In this document: positions 52,301-63,812 of the stretch, one piece after another | Position numbering within the stretch: position 1 is the stretch's first letter | Layout of the letters: every line of letters starts with the position of its first letter | NCBI RefSeq assembly: GCF_009914755.1 | Contig: NC_060944.1 | Strand: one strand, 5' to 3' | Origin: the human T2T-CHM13v2.0 reference genome, Homo sapiens | DNA length: 64,000 nucleotides | Translations under genes and position numbers: made by a program | The notes under the pieces: generated by a model | What the model was told of the DNA's origin: nothing | Seen by the model: only the letters and a program-made list of their open reading frames with translations | Database searches by the model: none

Positions 52301-55222
52301 ACCAAACCCAAAATTAGTAGAAGAAAAAAAAATGTAACAGCAGAAATAAGTGACACTGAAATTTTTAAAAATTACAAAAAACAACAAAATGAAAAATCTT
52401 CTTGCAAAGATAAACAAAAATACAAACCTTTAACAAGATTAACTAAGAAAAAAGAGAGAATATCCAAATAAATAAAATCAGAGATGAAAAAGGAGACATT
52501 ACAACTGATACCAAAGAAATTCAAAGTATTATTAGACAGTACTATGAGCAACTATATGCAATTAATTGGAAAAACTCTAAGAAATGGATAAATTTCTAGA
52601 CACATACAGGATTGAACAATAAAGAGATCCAAAGGCTGAACAGTCCAAGAATAAATAATGAGATCAAAGCTAAAATAAAAATTCTCCCAGTAAAGAAAAG
52701 CTCAGACATGATGACTTCATTGCTGAATTCTACCAAACATTTAAAGAAGAATTAATACCAGTTCTACTCAAGCTATATCAAGACATAGAGGAAGAGAAAA
52801 TACTTACAAATTCATTCTATGAGGTCAGTATTATCCTGATACCAAAACCAGACAAAGATGTATCAAAAAAGAAACCTATAGGCCAATATCCTTGATGAAT
52901 ATTGATGCAAAAATTCCTTAAAAAAATACTAGCAAACTGAAGTCAACAACACATTAAAAAAAACATTCATCATGACCAATTTGGATTTATCCTAGAGATG
53001 CAAGGATGGTTCAACATATGCAAATCAATCAGTGTGATACATCATATCAACAGTGAAGGACAATGATCATTTAAATTGATGCTCTATAAGCATTTGATTT
53101 TCAACAACCCTTCATGATTTTAAAAAAACTAAAAACACTTGGTATAGAAGGGACATATCTTAACACAATAAAAGCTATGTATGACAGACCCACAGTTAGT
53201 ATCGTAGTGAACTGGAAAAAATTGAAAGCCTTTCCTCTAGATATAAAACAAAACAAGGATGCCCACTTTCACCACTGTTATTCAAAATAGTGCTGGAGGT
53301 CCTAGTTAAAGCAATCAGACAAGAGAAAGAAATAAAGGGTGTCCAAATTAGAAAGGAAGAAGTCAAATTTCCCTTGTTTGGAGATAATATAATCTTATAT
53401 TTGGAAAGACCTAAAGACTCCACTAAAAAAACCATTAGAACTGATAAACAAATTCAGTAAAGTTACAGGATATGAAGTCTGTAAAAATCAGTAGCATTTC
53501 TATATGCCAACTGTGAACAATCTAAAAAGAAATCAAGACAGTAATCACAATTACAATAGCTACCAATACAATAAAATATCTAGTAATAAACTTAATCAAA
53601 GAAATGAAATATCTCTACAATAAAAAGTATAAAACATTGATGCAAGTAATTGAAGAGGACACAAAAAAATGAAGCTAGCTCATGTTCATGAATTGGAAGA
53701 ATCAATATTGTTATCCAAAGTAATTTACAGATTCAGTGCAATCCCTATCAAAATATCAATGACATGCTTTACAGAAATTGAAATAATAATCCTAAAATCT
53801 ATATGGAACCACAAAAGATCCAGAACAGCCAAAGACATCCTGAGCAAAAATAACAAAACTGGAAAAATTACAATACCTGGCTTCAAATTATACTAAAGAC
53901 CTATAGTAACTAAGCAGCATGGTACTGGAATAAAAACAGACACATAGACCAGTGGAAAAAATAGAGAATCCATAAAGAAGTCCACACACTAACAGTGAAC
54001 TCATTTTCAACAAAGGTGTCAAGAACATACACTGTGGAAAAACAGTCTCTTTAATAAATGGTGCTGGGAAAACTGGATATCCATATGCAGAAGAATAAAA
54101 CTAGACCCCTATATCTTGCCATGTACAAAAATCAAATTAAAATAAATTAAAAACTGAAATCTAAGAGCTCAAACTATGAAATTACTAAAACAAAGCATTT
54201 GGGGAAACTCTCCAGCACATTGGCCTGGGAAAATAATTTTTAAGAAATACCCTAAAAGCATAGGCAATGAAAACAAAAATGTACAAATTGGATTACTTTA
54301 TTAAAAAGCTTCTGCACAACAGAAGAAATCATGAACAAATTTAAAAAACAACCCACAGAATGGGAGAAAATATTTGCAAACTATCCATCTGACAAGAGAC
54401 CAATAACCAGAATATATAAGGTGGTCAAACAACTCAATAGGAAAAAATCTTATAATCTAATTTAAAAATGAGTAAAAGAAATGAATAGAAATTTCTCAAA
54501 AGAAGACATACAAATGGCAAATAGGCATATGAAATGGTGCTCACCATCACTGATCATCAGAGAAATGCAAATCAAAACTACAGTGAGATATCCTGTCATT
54601 CCAGTTAAAATGGCTTTTATCCAAACAGCTAACAACAAATGTTGGCAACTATGTGGAGAAAAGGAATCCTCATAAACTGGTGGGAATTTAAGCTAGCACA
54701 ACCACTATGGAGAAAAGTATGTCAGTTCTATGGAGAAAAGTAGGTCAGTTCCTCAAAAAAACTAAAAATGAATTACTATATGATCCAGCAACCCCCTGCT
54801 GGGTATGTACCCAAAATAAAGGAAACCAGTATATTGAAAAGATATCTGTATTCTCATGTTTGTTGTAGCACTATTCAAAATAGCCAAGATTTGGAAGCAA
54901 CCTAAGTGTCCATCAACAGATGAATGGGTAAAGAAAATGTGGTATATATACACAGTGGAGTAATATTCAGCCATAAAAAAAATGAGATCCTGTCATTTGC
55001 AACAACATGAATGGAGCTGACGGATACTTTGGTAAGTGAAATAAGCCAGGCACAGAAAGACAAGCTTCACATGTTCTCATTCATTTCTGGGAGCTAAAAA
55101 TTAAAACAATTGAACTCAGAGATAGAATGATGGTTACCAGATGCCGGGCAGGATGGAGGAGAAGGGGAAATAGTTAGCATGTACAAAAATTTGTTAGATA
55201 GAATGTATAAAATATAGTATTT

Positions 55223-55409
55223 CTTTTTGTTGTTTTATTTGTTTGTTTGTTTGTTTGTTTTTGACATGTGGTCTTATTCCAATGCCCAGGCTGGAGTGCA
55301 GTGGTGTGATCATGGCTCACTGCAACCTCGACCTCCTGGGTTCTAACAATTCTTCAACCTCAGCTTCCCAAAGTGTTGGGATTATAGACATGAGCCAGCA
55401 TGCCAGGCC
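55223..55409 (-). mobile_element. Monomeric Alu (J-age), left-arm/right-arm hybrid, in the L1 3'UTR
   Basis: ~150-bp body plus (TTTG)n tail; degenerate TSD at 55210-55222 and 55410-55422. Confidence 0.85.
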
Positions 55410-55668
55410 AGATCTATTATTTGATAGCACAGCAGGGTAATTACAATCAACAAAAATTTGTTGTAAATTTTAAAATGACTAAAACTGTATAATTGGAATG
55501 TTTGTAAAACAAATAAATGATAAATGCTCAAGGTGATTGATGCCCCACTTACCTGATGTGAATATTATGCACTGTATGCCTGTATCAAAATATCTCTTAT
55601 ACCTCATAAATATGTACAACTACTATGTACCCATTAAAATTAGAAAAAAATTATAAAAAGAATTACTG

Positions 55669-56440
55669 GAATATGAAGTGTAGGTGGTCAGAGAAGGACT
55701 TTTGGAGGAAGTCCAGATCTGAAAGGTAAGATGGAGCCAGGAATGGTCTGAAGGCAGGGAGGTCCCATGCAGCAAATAAACAAACACGAAGTATCTGAAT
55801 CAGAAATACAGTTGGAAATTTTGAGGAATAAAATTGTCAGTGTGTATTGAGCATAGAAAACAAAGGTAGAGAAGTATCAGATGAGCTCAGAGTTAGACAG
55901 GTACCACGTTATCTAAGATGTTATAGGCTGGAGTAAGAAATTGGAATTTTATTATAATGTCAAAGGGTAGCATTGGCAGGTTTCAAGCAGGGAAGTGACA
56001 TTACCTCATTTGCATGTTTTATATAAGATCACTTTAGCAGCTGCATAGAAAATGGGTTATGAGGATGTGATATGTAGAAGTAAGGAGAACAAATATGAAA
56101 CTATTGCAGGTGTCTAGGGACAGACGGTGGCAGGTGAGATGAGATTAGTAGTAGGAACTATGGTATGAAGTAGTCATATCAAAATTTTGGAGGGATAGCC
56201 AACAGGACGTTTGTAGACTGAAAACAGATGGATAAGTAAAAAGTGGAATGTTAGAGGAATCACAGAGTTTACGGCCTGGGACATGTGTAAATCATGATTT
56301 TGTAACTGATGAGATAGAGGCAGGACAGTGGAGACAGTTCTGTGGGAAAATCAGTTTGTCTTTTGTGTATGTGTTATTTTTGAAATGCCAATTTGATATC
56401 CAAAACTCAACTGTGACAATTATAGGGAAACTTGGATTCA
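55669..56440 (-). mobile_element. L2 LINE, continuation of the 47520-47630 piece
   Basis: gtggtcagagaagg...tttcaagcagggaagtgaca...aagatcactttagcagctg. Confidence 0.8.
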
Positions 56441-57439
56441 GGAGTTTAATGTGGGAAAACAAGTTATTTGCATTTTCAGTGCTAAGAGCTTTTCTCAGAA
56501 ATATAATTACAATTTTAGTCATTCTCTTTTAAATTCTATTAGATTAATTATTTGCCACAATCAACATATTCATTTAATAAGACTCTAAAAAGCATGTCAT
56601 GCATCCAGTCACAACACGTAACATGACCATAGGTTATTTTTAATACAGGCCCTACTAACTTTGTCCTAAACTACACGCTTTGGTGACTGAAAAATGTTTG
56701 TCCCATGAAGTGATCTCATGAGTAAATGATGAAGTAGAGATGGAGAAATAGTAGTGAAGGCCTCTGGTCCCTAATGCCCTAGCCATCTCGCCCACTGTCA
56801 TCCCCGCTAAACACACAGCACAGATTTTGAACTCAAGACTTCTTCCTGTGACTTTATTTAAATATAAGGTCATATAACTTTTTAAAAATTTGTATTCCTT
56901 ACCCCTAAAGTCTTGCCTTTGTCTGGAATGCTTTATTCTACTGCAATACTTAGCCTTGAGTAAATTTATTTATGCCTTTTATTTCATATCTTTAGTTCTG
57001 TCTTGAGGTAAGATGACTTTAGAGATTATGAGGAATGAAACAGCCCTAGGTTCAGAGGCCTCAGACCGGCCTGCAGCTGAAGGAGAGTTAATAAAGAAAA
57101 CCTGTTATTAAATGGAAGTGCGGTGGCAAGCATATCTGTCACTTTTCCCAATCAATACAGAAGCCGTGAGAATGAGCTCCCATTTCATACATGTTATGTT
57201 ATAGGGCTGAAGATCTCTCTAGCATTCGTAAAATGACAACGGGATAAGAGCATGCAGTGGCAAAAAAAGAACTATTTATCTGCAGAAGCGCTATAAGCCC
57301 TGAGCAGTATTTCCAGAAGCATGTCCTTAAACGTTCTATTAATTTATAAATATTTTGAAGTGACCCTGGATTTCATGTGTGTGTACATTATATTGAGCCA
57401 GAGTTTTGATTACTTTCCAAGGAAACCAGTAAGTGTAAT

Positions 57440-57547
57440 AATTTTTATGTAGCAAAACTGCTAGTCATTTCTGCTACACAAAAATCCCCTGGTCACTTTT
57501 TGTTATTTGTGTGACCAGGGAATTTTTATGTAGCAGAAATAGCTAGT
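57440..57547. repeat. 36-bp inverted repeat (57461-57496 / 57511-57546) plus an upstream direct copy of the right arm
   Basis: ctagtcatttctgctacacaaaaatcccctggtcac versus revcomp of gtgaccagggaatttttatgtagcagaaatagctag: 32/36 match, 14-nt spacer. Confidence 0.95.
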
Positions 57548-57552
57548 ATCAC

Positions 57553-57584
<32 letters not shown>

Positions 57585-57910
57585 ATTGTTTCCTTAACAT
57601 TAGGAAAGTGGCCAGTAGGAAGTGGCTACATGGTTAGCCAGAACCCCCTTGCAGTTAGGTAGGGGCATGTGACAATGTTCTGCTCAATGAAATATTATAC
57701 AGCAGAAGTGATGGGCACTCTTACAAAACTGACCCATAAACAAATCATACGTATACTTCTCCATGATCTTTCCCCCTTCTGACTGAAATGGGAATATTTC
57801 ACAGAAAAATCTTGGAAGCCATGTGTTGAAGATGCCAGGGCCTCGGTTAGCCTAGCTCTTTGAATTCCCACAGGAGAAGAGTTGAAGATGCAGACCACCT
57901 CTAACATCTC
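57585..57910 (+). mobile_element. MLT1I/J-type LTR fragment
   Basis: ccttgcagttaggtaggggcatgtgac...cttggaagccatgtgttgaagatg. Confidence 0.7.
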
Positions 57911-58089
57911 CAAAATTAAACTAAACAGTTTTTACTTACTGTTTTTTTTTCCTTACAGCTTTTAATGGCATCATATTTTTTAGGATATAGGGAATCTAAA
58001 AAATACTCTATGCAGGAATATGGCTGATCCTCACAAGATTGGATGAGCTCTGCTGTTACCAAGCCCTTGGCAATTTCCAGAACTATCAG

Positions 58090-58535
58090 GCTATTGGGAG
58101 ATGACATCTGTTTTTGTGGCCTGCTCAGCATCCTTAACCTCTTATTTGATAATAACATCTTGGATTGCCTCTGAGGAACTACAGATCTCCCACTGCATAC
58201 ATTCTTAGCAAAGTACCAATCATGGTACTCCACTACTCCATTCTTTCTTGGTCAAGGGTTGAGCAAAAAACAAATCTAAGTAAATCAGACCCTCTGTACC
58301 TGAAATCTCTAGGGGTGTGTCAGGCAGAATGTAAGAGGAACTGAAAATGGTTGTCACAAATTCATTTTGACAGCTGCACTCTGAAAATCATTATGTCCTA
58401 CATCCTAGATCCTCAGATTTATCCTTAGAACCTGAGGTGTTTGTTTGTTTGTTTGTTTGTTTGGTATCTCCTTCAATTCTCTGAACTTTCACATTTCCTT
58501 TCGATAAATCCCTTTGTATTTATATTGCTTTATGT
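58090..58535 (+). mobile_element. MLT1K/L-type LTR, 3' end resuming at 59839-59885
   Basis: atctgtttttgtggcctgctcagcatcc...gataaatccctttg; distal piece ttctgtttcttgcaaccacaga. Confidence 0.5.
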
Positions 58536-58539
58536 TAGT

Positions 58540-59838
58540 GTCATATATTTGTTAGCTATTTCTGAAAAACACATTACCCTAAAACTTAGTCACTTAAAAA
58601 CAACAGTAAATGTTTATTTCTCATGTTCTGTGGTTAAGAGCTTGGGAGTGTCTTTAGCTGGGTGATTCTGGCTCAGGGTCTCTCATGGGACTACAGTCAG
58701 ATGTCAGCTAAACCCGTAATCATATGGTGGTTTGATCAGGAATGGAGAGTCCCCTTCCAAAGTGGCTCACTCAAATGTTTGACAAGTTGGTGCTGGCTAT
58801 TGGCAGGAGGCCTTAGATTTGTTCTTCATGGGCTTTCTTCTTCTTTTTTTTAATTTCCAATTTCTTTTATGTTAGGTTCAAGAGGTGCATGTGCAGGTTT
58901 GTTACACAGATAAATTCCATGTTGTAGGGTTTTGGTGTACTGATAATTTGGTTACCCAGGTAATCACCATAATAACTCATAGGTCTTTTTTCAATCCTTA
59001 CTCTCCTTCCACCCTCTACCCTCAAATAGGCCCCAGTGTCTTTTGTTCCTTTCTATTGTCCATGTGTTCTCATCATTTAACTCCCACTTGTAAGTGAGAA
59101 CATGCAGTATTTGGTTTTCTGTTCCTGCATTAATTCACTTAGGATAGTGGCCTCCAGCTTCATCCATGTTGCTGCGAAGGCCATGTTGTCATTTTTTAAT
59201 AGCTCCATTCTTTCTTGGTCAAGGGTTGAGCAAAAAACAAGTCTAAATCATGGTGTATATATGGTGTTTATATATCACATTTTCTTTATCCAGTGCACCA
59301 TTGATGTGCGTCCTGGTTGACTCCATGTCTTTGCTATTATAAATGGTGATGCCATGAACATATGTGTGCATGTATCTTTATGGTAGAAGGATAATTATTC
59401 CTTTGGATATATAAACAGTACTGAAATTGAGGGATCAAATGGTAGTTCTATTTTAAGTTATTTGGGAAATCTTAGGACTGCTTTCCACAGTGGCTGAACT
59501 AATTTACATTCTCTCATGGGCTTTCTTGGGAATCCTCATGGCATAATGGCAGGAGACCCCAGAGCAAGTATCTAGGAGACTGAAGTGGATGATTTTTATG
59601 GCTTAGCCTCAGAAGTTATAGATAAAGGAAACAGAGATATGAGGAGGCTATTTTAAATTTTCTAATTAAAAATGGAAGAAAAAAACTGTAATGAGATATT
59701 TTCATTTATATGTCATTTATGTCACATTCTATTGGTCAGCCAGTGTGAGTCTTGATTCAATGAGGGAGGGTCTATACAAGGGTGTGATTACTAGGACACA
59801 AAGATTATTGGAGGTCATCTTGGAGCCTGATGACCACA
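58540..59838 (-). mobile_element. MLT1F-type LTR split by an L1
   Basis: ctaaaacttagtcacttaaa...ttctggctcagggtctctcatg; resumes at 59528 and ends ggtcatcttggagcctgatgaccaca. Confidence 0.8.
58840..59513 (-). mobile_element. 5'-truncated L1PA13-16-type 3' end
   Basis: catgtgcaggtttgttac...taagtgagaacatgcagtatttgg; perfect 14-bp TSD tcatgggctttctt (58826-58839, 59514-59527). Confidence 0.93.
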
Positions 59839-60104
59839 TAGGGTTAATTTCTGTTTCTTGCAACCACAGAAACCTAGCTGGTGCATCAGATTAAGTTGAA
59901 AAAGTGCGGGCTGCTTTCACATATTCTTAATAATTTTAAGAGGTCCTCTAGAAAAATTCAACTTCTGAGAGAAAAGATTCCAATAATTTGGCAGTATTCC
60001 TCAGAAAATATGTATTTCTATTAGTTATGTGTTCCTGGCACTGGATTTTGATTATGATGATTATAAAATTTTCAGTTGTAAATGTGTCTCCAAACCATGG
60101 GAAC

Positions 60105-60237
60105 TTTTAAATAACAATACTGTACAAATCTTGATGATGGTGAGACTAGGCCCAAGACCACTTTCTTAACCATGGCATGTGTCCATAGTAACTAATCTCT
60201 CACATTTCCAAAAGATTAACCATTTATCTGAGCATTT
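60105..60237 (+). repeat. 133-bp dispersed direct repeat, copy 1
   Basis: 131/133 identical to 61791-61923. Confidence 0.97.
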
Positions 60238-60262
60238 GCAGTAATACTTAGAGACATCAATG

Positions 60263-60599
60263 CAGATGGTCCCTGACTTACAATAACTCAGCTTATGATT
60301 TTTTATCTTTCCCATGGTGTGAAAGCCACATGCACGTAGTACTTAAAGTACCCATACAACCATTCTGCTTTTCATTTTCAGTACAGTGTTCAGTAAATTA
60401 CATGAGATATGGAACACTATATTATAAGTAGGCTTTGTGTTAGATGATTTCCCCAATTGTAGGCAAATGTAAGTGTTCTGAGCACGATGAAGGCAGGCTA
60501 GGCTAAGCTATGATGTTCCACAGGTTAGAGGTATTCAAAACATTTCCAATTTATGATGGGTTTATTAGAATGTAACCCATCAATACAGAGGAGCATCTG
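60263..60599 (-). mobile_element. MER47A (Tigger5-family MITE)
   Basis: TIRs cagatggtccctgacttac / gaggagcatctg, followed by TA. Confidence 0.9.
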
Positions 60600-60699
60600 T
60601 ATACCAATACAAGTACTTTTTTTTTCCCTGTGAGTCATAGTATAAGATTAAAGTAACTTCCTTTAGTAAATTAGAACCAAAAAGAGTTGGCCCTGTAAT

Positions 60700-60840
60700 G
60701 CAACTTTCTTGTTTTAGAATTGAAGAAACTGAAGCCCATAGAAATTATGCAATGTTCCCATAGCCACCCAGTTGATTGGAAAGCCAGAACTTGAACCAAG
60801 GTATCCCAAATTCCATAGCAGTATTTTTTTTTTCTATTAC
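60700..60840 (-). mobile_element. MIR SINE
   Basis: ttttagaattgaagaaactgaagccc...agccagaacttgaacc. Confidence 0.7.
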
Positions 60841-61526
60841 ATAAGTCTAAACTGTGCTATTTGACTAGAAGCTTACAAATCAGTCCAGTTGTTCCATTTG
60901 GTATTTGATTGACAAGAGCATTTCATACTTCCTTCTGGATTTTATCAAAAGTAATAGTACAGTAAGTATATGAAGAAATTGTACCATATGACTACTTAAT
61001 CCCTCTTTAAGCAGGATTTGGAGATCTGAGCAGGCAATTCTTTAAGTTTCCAATTAAAACTGAAGAGAAAAAGCATAATGAGATGTTTAAAAGACAATTT
61101 ATAGGGTGTACAGACTTGTTGTACAGTTCCTTAAGTGAATTACAAAAGCACTTAACTTATACTTGGGATGTGATCTTCAACTCACAGGCAGTGCCCAGTG
61201 GTTTTCTGATTTTACAACCGATATACTTGAAGAATACTTGGGAGGCTGTCATTTGGAGTGGGGGAAGATTCTTAAGAGGCAAAAAGCCAAGAGAGTGAGA
61301 CAGAAAAATAGGTTTTGGTTCTTAACTGGTGAGTTCAGCAAATGGTCTTAAAGATTGCATTTTCTCTAGAGTTCTTGGATAAGCTAAGTTATTTGTAACT
61401 GCTTTCCCTGGAACTCTTAGATTGGTAGTAATATTTGGGAGCATAAAGATTCTTTGCCATATACCCTCACCTAAAATTCTAGATCTGAGGATTTCAAGTC
61501 TAGCTCCAGTTGAAGGAAAACTAAAG

Positions 61527-61735
61527 TAGGCTTTCTCAATTCAGCATATTGACATTTGAGTCATATAATTTTTTGTTGTGGGTGTTGTCCTGTGCATTGT
61601 AAGATGTTCAGCAACATCCCTGGCTTTCACCCTCAAGATACCAGTAGCAGCCCTCCCCTAATTGTAACAAAAATATCTTCAGACATTATCAAATGTCCCC
61701 TGGGGGACAAAATCTACCAAAGTTGGAAATCACTA
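61527..61735 (-). mobile_element. MER20 (hAT-Charlie) MITE
   Basis: tgtcctgtgcattgtaagatgttcagcaacatccctggc...aaatgtcccctgggggacaaaatc. Confidence 0.92.
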
Positions 61736-61790
61736 TCCTAAGGGAAGATTCTGAATCATTCACTGAGACCTGAGACAGTCTGGACAAGTA

Positions 61791-61923
61791 TTTTAAATAG
61801 CAATACTGTACAAATCTTGATGATGGTGAGACTAGGCCCAAGACCACTTTCTTAACCATGGCATGTGTCCATACTAACTAATCTCTCACATTTCCAAAAG
61901 ATTAACCATTTATCTGAGCATTT
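61791..61923 (+). repeat. 133-bp dispersed direct repeat, copy 2
   Basis: 131/133 identical to 60105-60237. Confidence 0.97.
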
Positions 61924-63049
61924 AATAAAGCACAGATTTATTTTCTTGGACACATAACACTCTTCAGGATCACTGAAGTCACTTTCATCAAATGATTATT
62001 TTGTACCTGTTATGCCCCAGGCATTGTGTTAGCCACAATGCCCAATCTATACAGTTCATGTCCCTGAGGAGACTCCAACTACTTAATGGTCTTACTGTCA
62101 CTCAGACTACAGTCAGACTTATTTACTTCTAGAATTTTTCAGTAATGTTTTTGTCAAACTTACAATCCTCCAAGTTTGGAGCCAAGTCCATAAAACAGAA
62201 GTATGTCAAGACAATGTCAATCAATTCACTGGTTCAGTGACAAGACTACCAGATGATGTTTTTGGCTAAAAATTAGCACTCAAACTCATAAACAAATGGA
62301 AACAGTCTACACTCTAAAATTAGTTCTGATTTTCTCCTAGATTTCTTGAGAGTTTTGTGAAGAGAGACTTTTCTAAAACTGGAATATGATTTTTGCTCAG
62401 ATAAATTATGTTGTTCACTTTGCCAGCCTGAGTAGCTTTAAGGGTAGAAGTGGTAACACATGAAGCTCCCTCAAAATTGCTTTCAGGGAGATGAGAGAGA
62501 TACTAAAAACAGGGATGGAACTGTTCAATTTTTGGATCTGTTGAGCTGGAATCACGAATCTGCTAACAAGTGAAACGAAGCCATTTGTAAAAGGTTCATC
62601 TTCCAGGGAGTCCCATGGCAATTTTAAGGCAGATTTCCCATCGAGACCGTAGGATGTCAATTTATGAAAATTGAACTGGATTCCTGAATCGCTCTATAAA
62701 TTTTAACTAAAACAATACTCCCATTTCAAGTATTTATGGCCTCTGCCTCTCTTGGCTTCAGATCGTCAGAAGTACATATTTGGAGGCATTCAGAAACTTA
62801 CAAAAACAAAAGCATGCACTTAAAACTTCTTTTTTAAATCACCGACTCACCCTCTAGCTAGAGAAGAAAATCCCAACAAATCAACTGGAGACTTAGCAAG
62901 AAAAGAAGTACTGGAGGAGGTTTTAAAAGGGAGCAGGAAAACAGAGGTGAAAATAGCTTCTAAGTCATCAGAATAGATCTTTCTGCATGCAGTGAAAGAA
63001 TTTAGGTGCAACATATATCCTCAAAACCTTGAAAAAAATGTATTAATGG

Positions 63050-63255
63050 GAAAAGGGGTTTAGTTCAAAGAATGTGGATTTTGAAAACACAGTAATGTTC
63101 ACGTTTCAACTTGGCCATTTATTAGCTATGTAACTTTGGGCAAATTACTCAATCCTTTAAGTGCTGGTTCTCCCAATCGTAAAGTGAAGTTTTAATCCAC
63201 TACTTAAGGGTGTTTTAAGGACTAAATGTGATAATATATTTAAAATGTGTTTTGC
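63050..63255 (+). mobile_element. MIR SINE
   Basis: attagctatgtaactttgggcaaattactcaa...ctaaatgtgataatat. Confidence 0.75.
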
Positions 63256-63409
63256 ATGACCTATGCCTCTTACACTGTAGCCACAAATTTAATTATTGGT
63301 TTGCTTGTTTGTTTGTTTGTTTCCATCTGGACTAAGTATGAGGATAAATTGTGGTAGACAAGAGTAAAACTGAAATGTAGAGAGGAATGAAACTTCAAAA
63401 TAAATATTG

Positions 63410-63545
63410 GATATATATACATAATAAATATATATATATCGTATGTACACACATATACATGTATATACATATATTATATATACAATATACATACATTATA
63501 TATACATATATACATACACACTTATGTGTATGTATGTATATTTGA
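63410..63545. repeat. (TA)n-rich simple repeat
   Basis: Seen directly. Confidence 0.9.
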
Positions 63546-63579
63546 TGCTATGAATACACATATGTAAAGCAACAATGCT

Positions 63580-63812
63580 GTGTAATCACAGGAATATGAG
63601 CACCAGAATTAGATCATTTCTATTTGAGCTTTGAATCTACCACTAACTGTGTTATCTTGGTTAGGTTATATCACATCTCCATGTCTCAGTTTCTTCAACC
63701 TTAAACTAGGGAAATTATATTTGCTACTACAAAAAATTGTGATGGGGGCTCTCAAAGGTAATGAAAGTCAAGTAGTTAGCACCTAAAAAGCTCTCAGTAA
63801 ACAATATTATTA
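63580..63812 (+). mobile_element. MIR SINE
   Basis: tgtctcagtttcttcaa...gctctcagtaaacaatattattatt. Confidence 0.75.

Larger units (their letters stand above)
47631..55656 (+). mobile_element. Full-length decayed L1MA3-type LINE inserted in an L2
   Basis: ~2-kb 5'UTR, ORF1 remnant from 49680 (MTSPNELNKA), ORF2 remnants, L1MA2/3 3'UTR; 12-bp TSD aaaga(g/a)ttactg at 47619-47630 and 55657-55668. Confidence 0.92.

Noticed and set aside
57553-57577. A25 tract as the tail of a retrocopy ending in the hairpin
   Set aside because: No AATAAA just upstream and no TSD found; treated as a mononucleotide run.
60125-60238. C/D-box snoRNA-like layout in the duplicated 133-mer (TGATGA 60132-60137, CTGA 60228-60231, caaat/atttg ends)
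   Set aside because: Box C lacks the 5' purine, the terminal stem is out of K-turn register, and I see no C'/D' boxes or rRNA guide. A snoscan or Rfam hit would be needed.
60105-61923. The 133-bp repeats as LTRs of a novel 1.8-kb element
   Set aside because: No TG..CA termini, TSD, PBS or PPT, and the interior holds repeats much older than the near-identical flanks.
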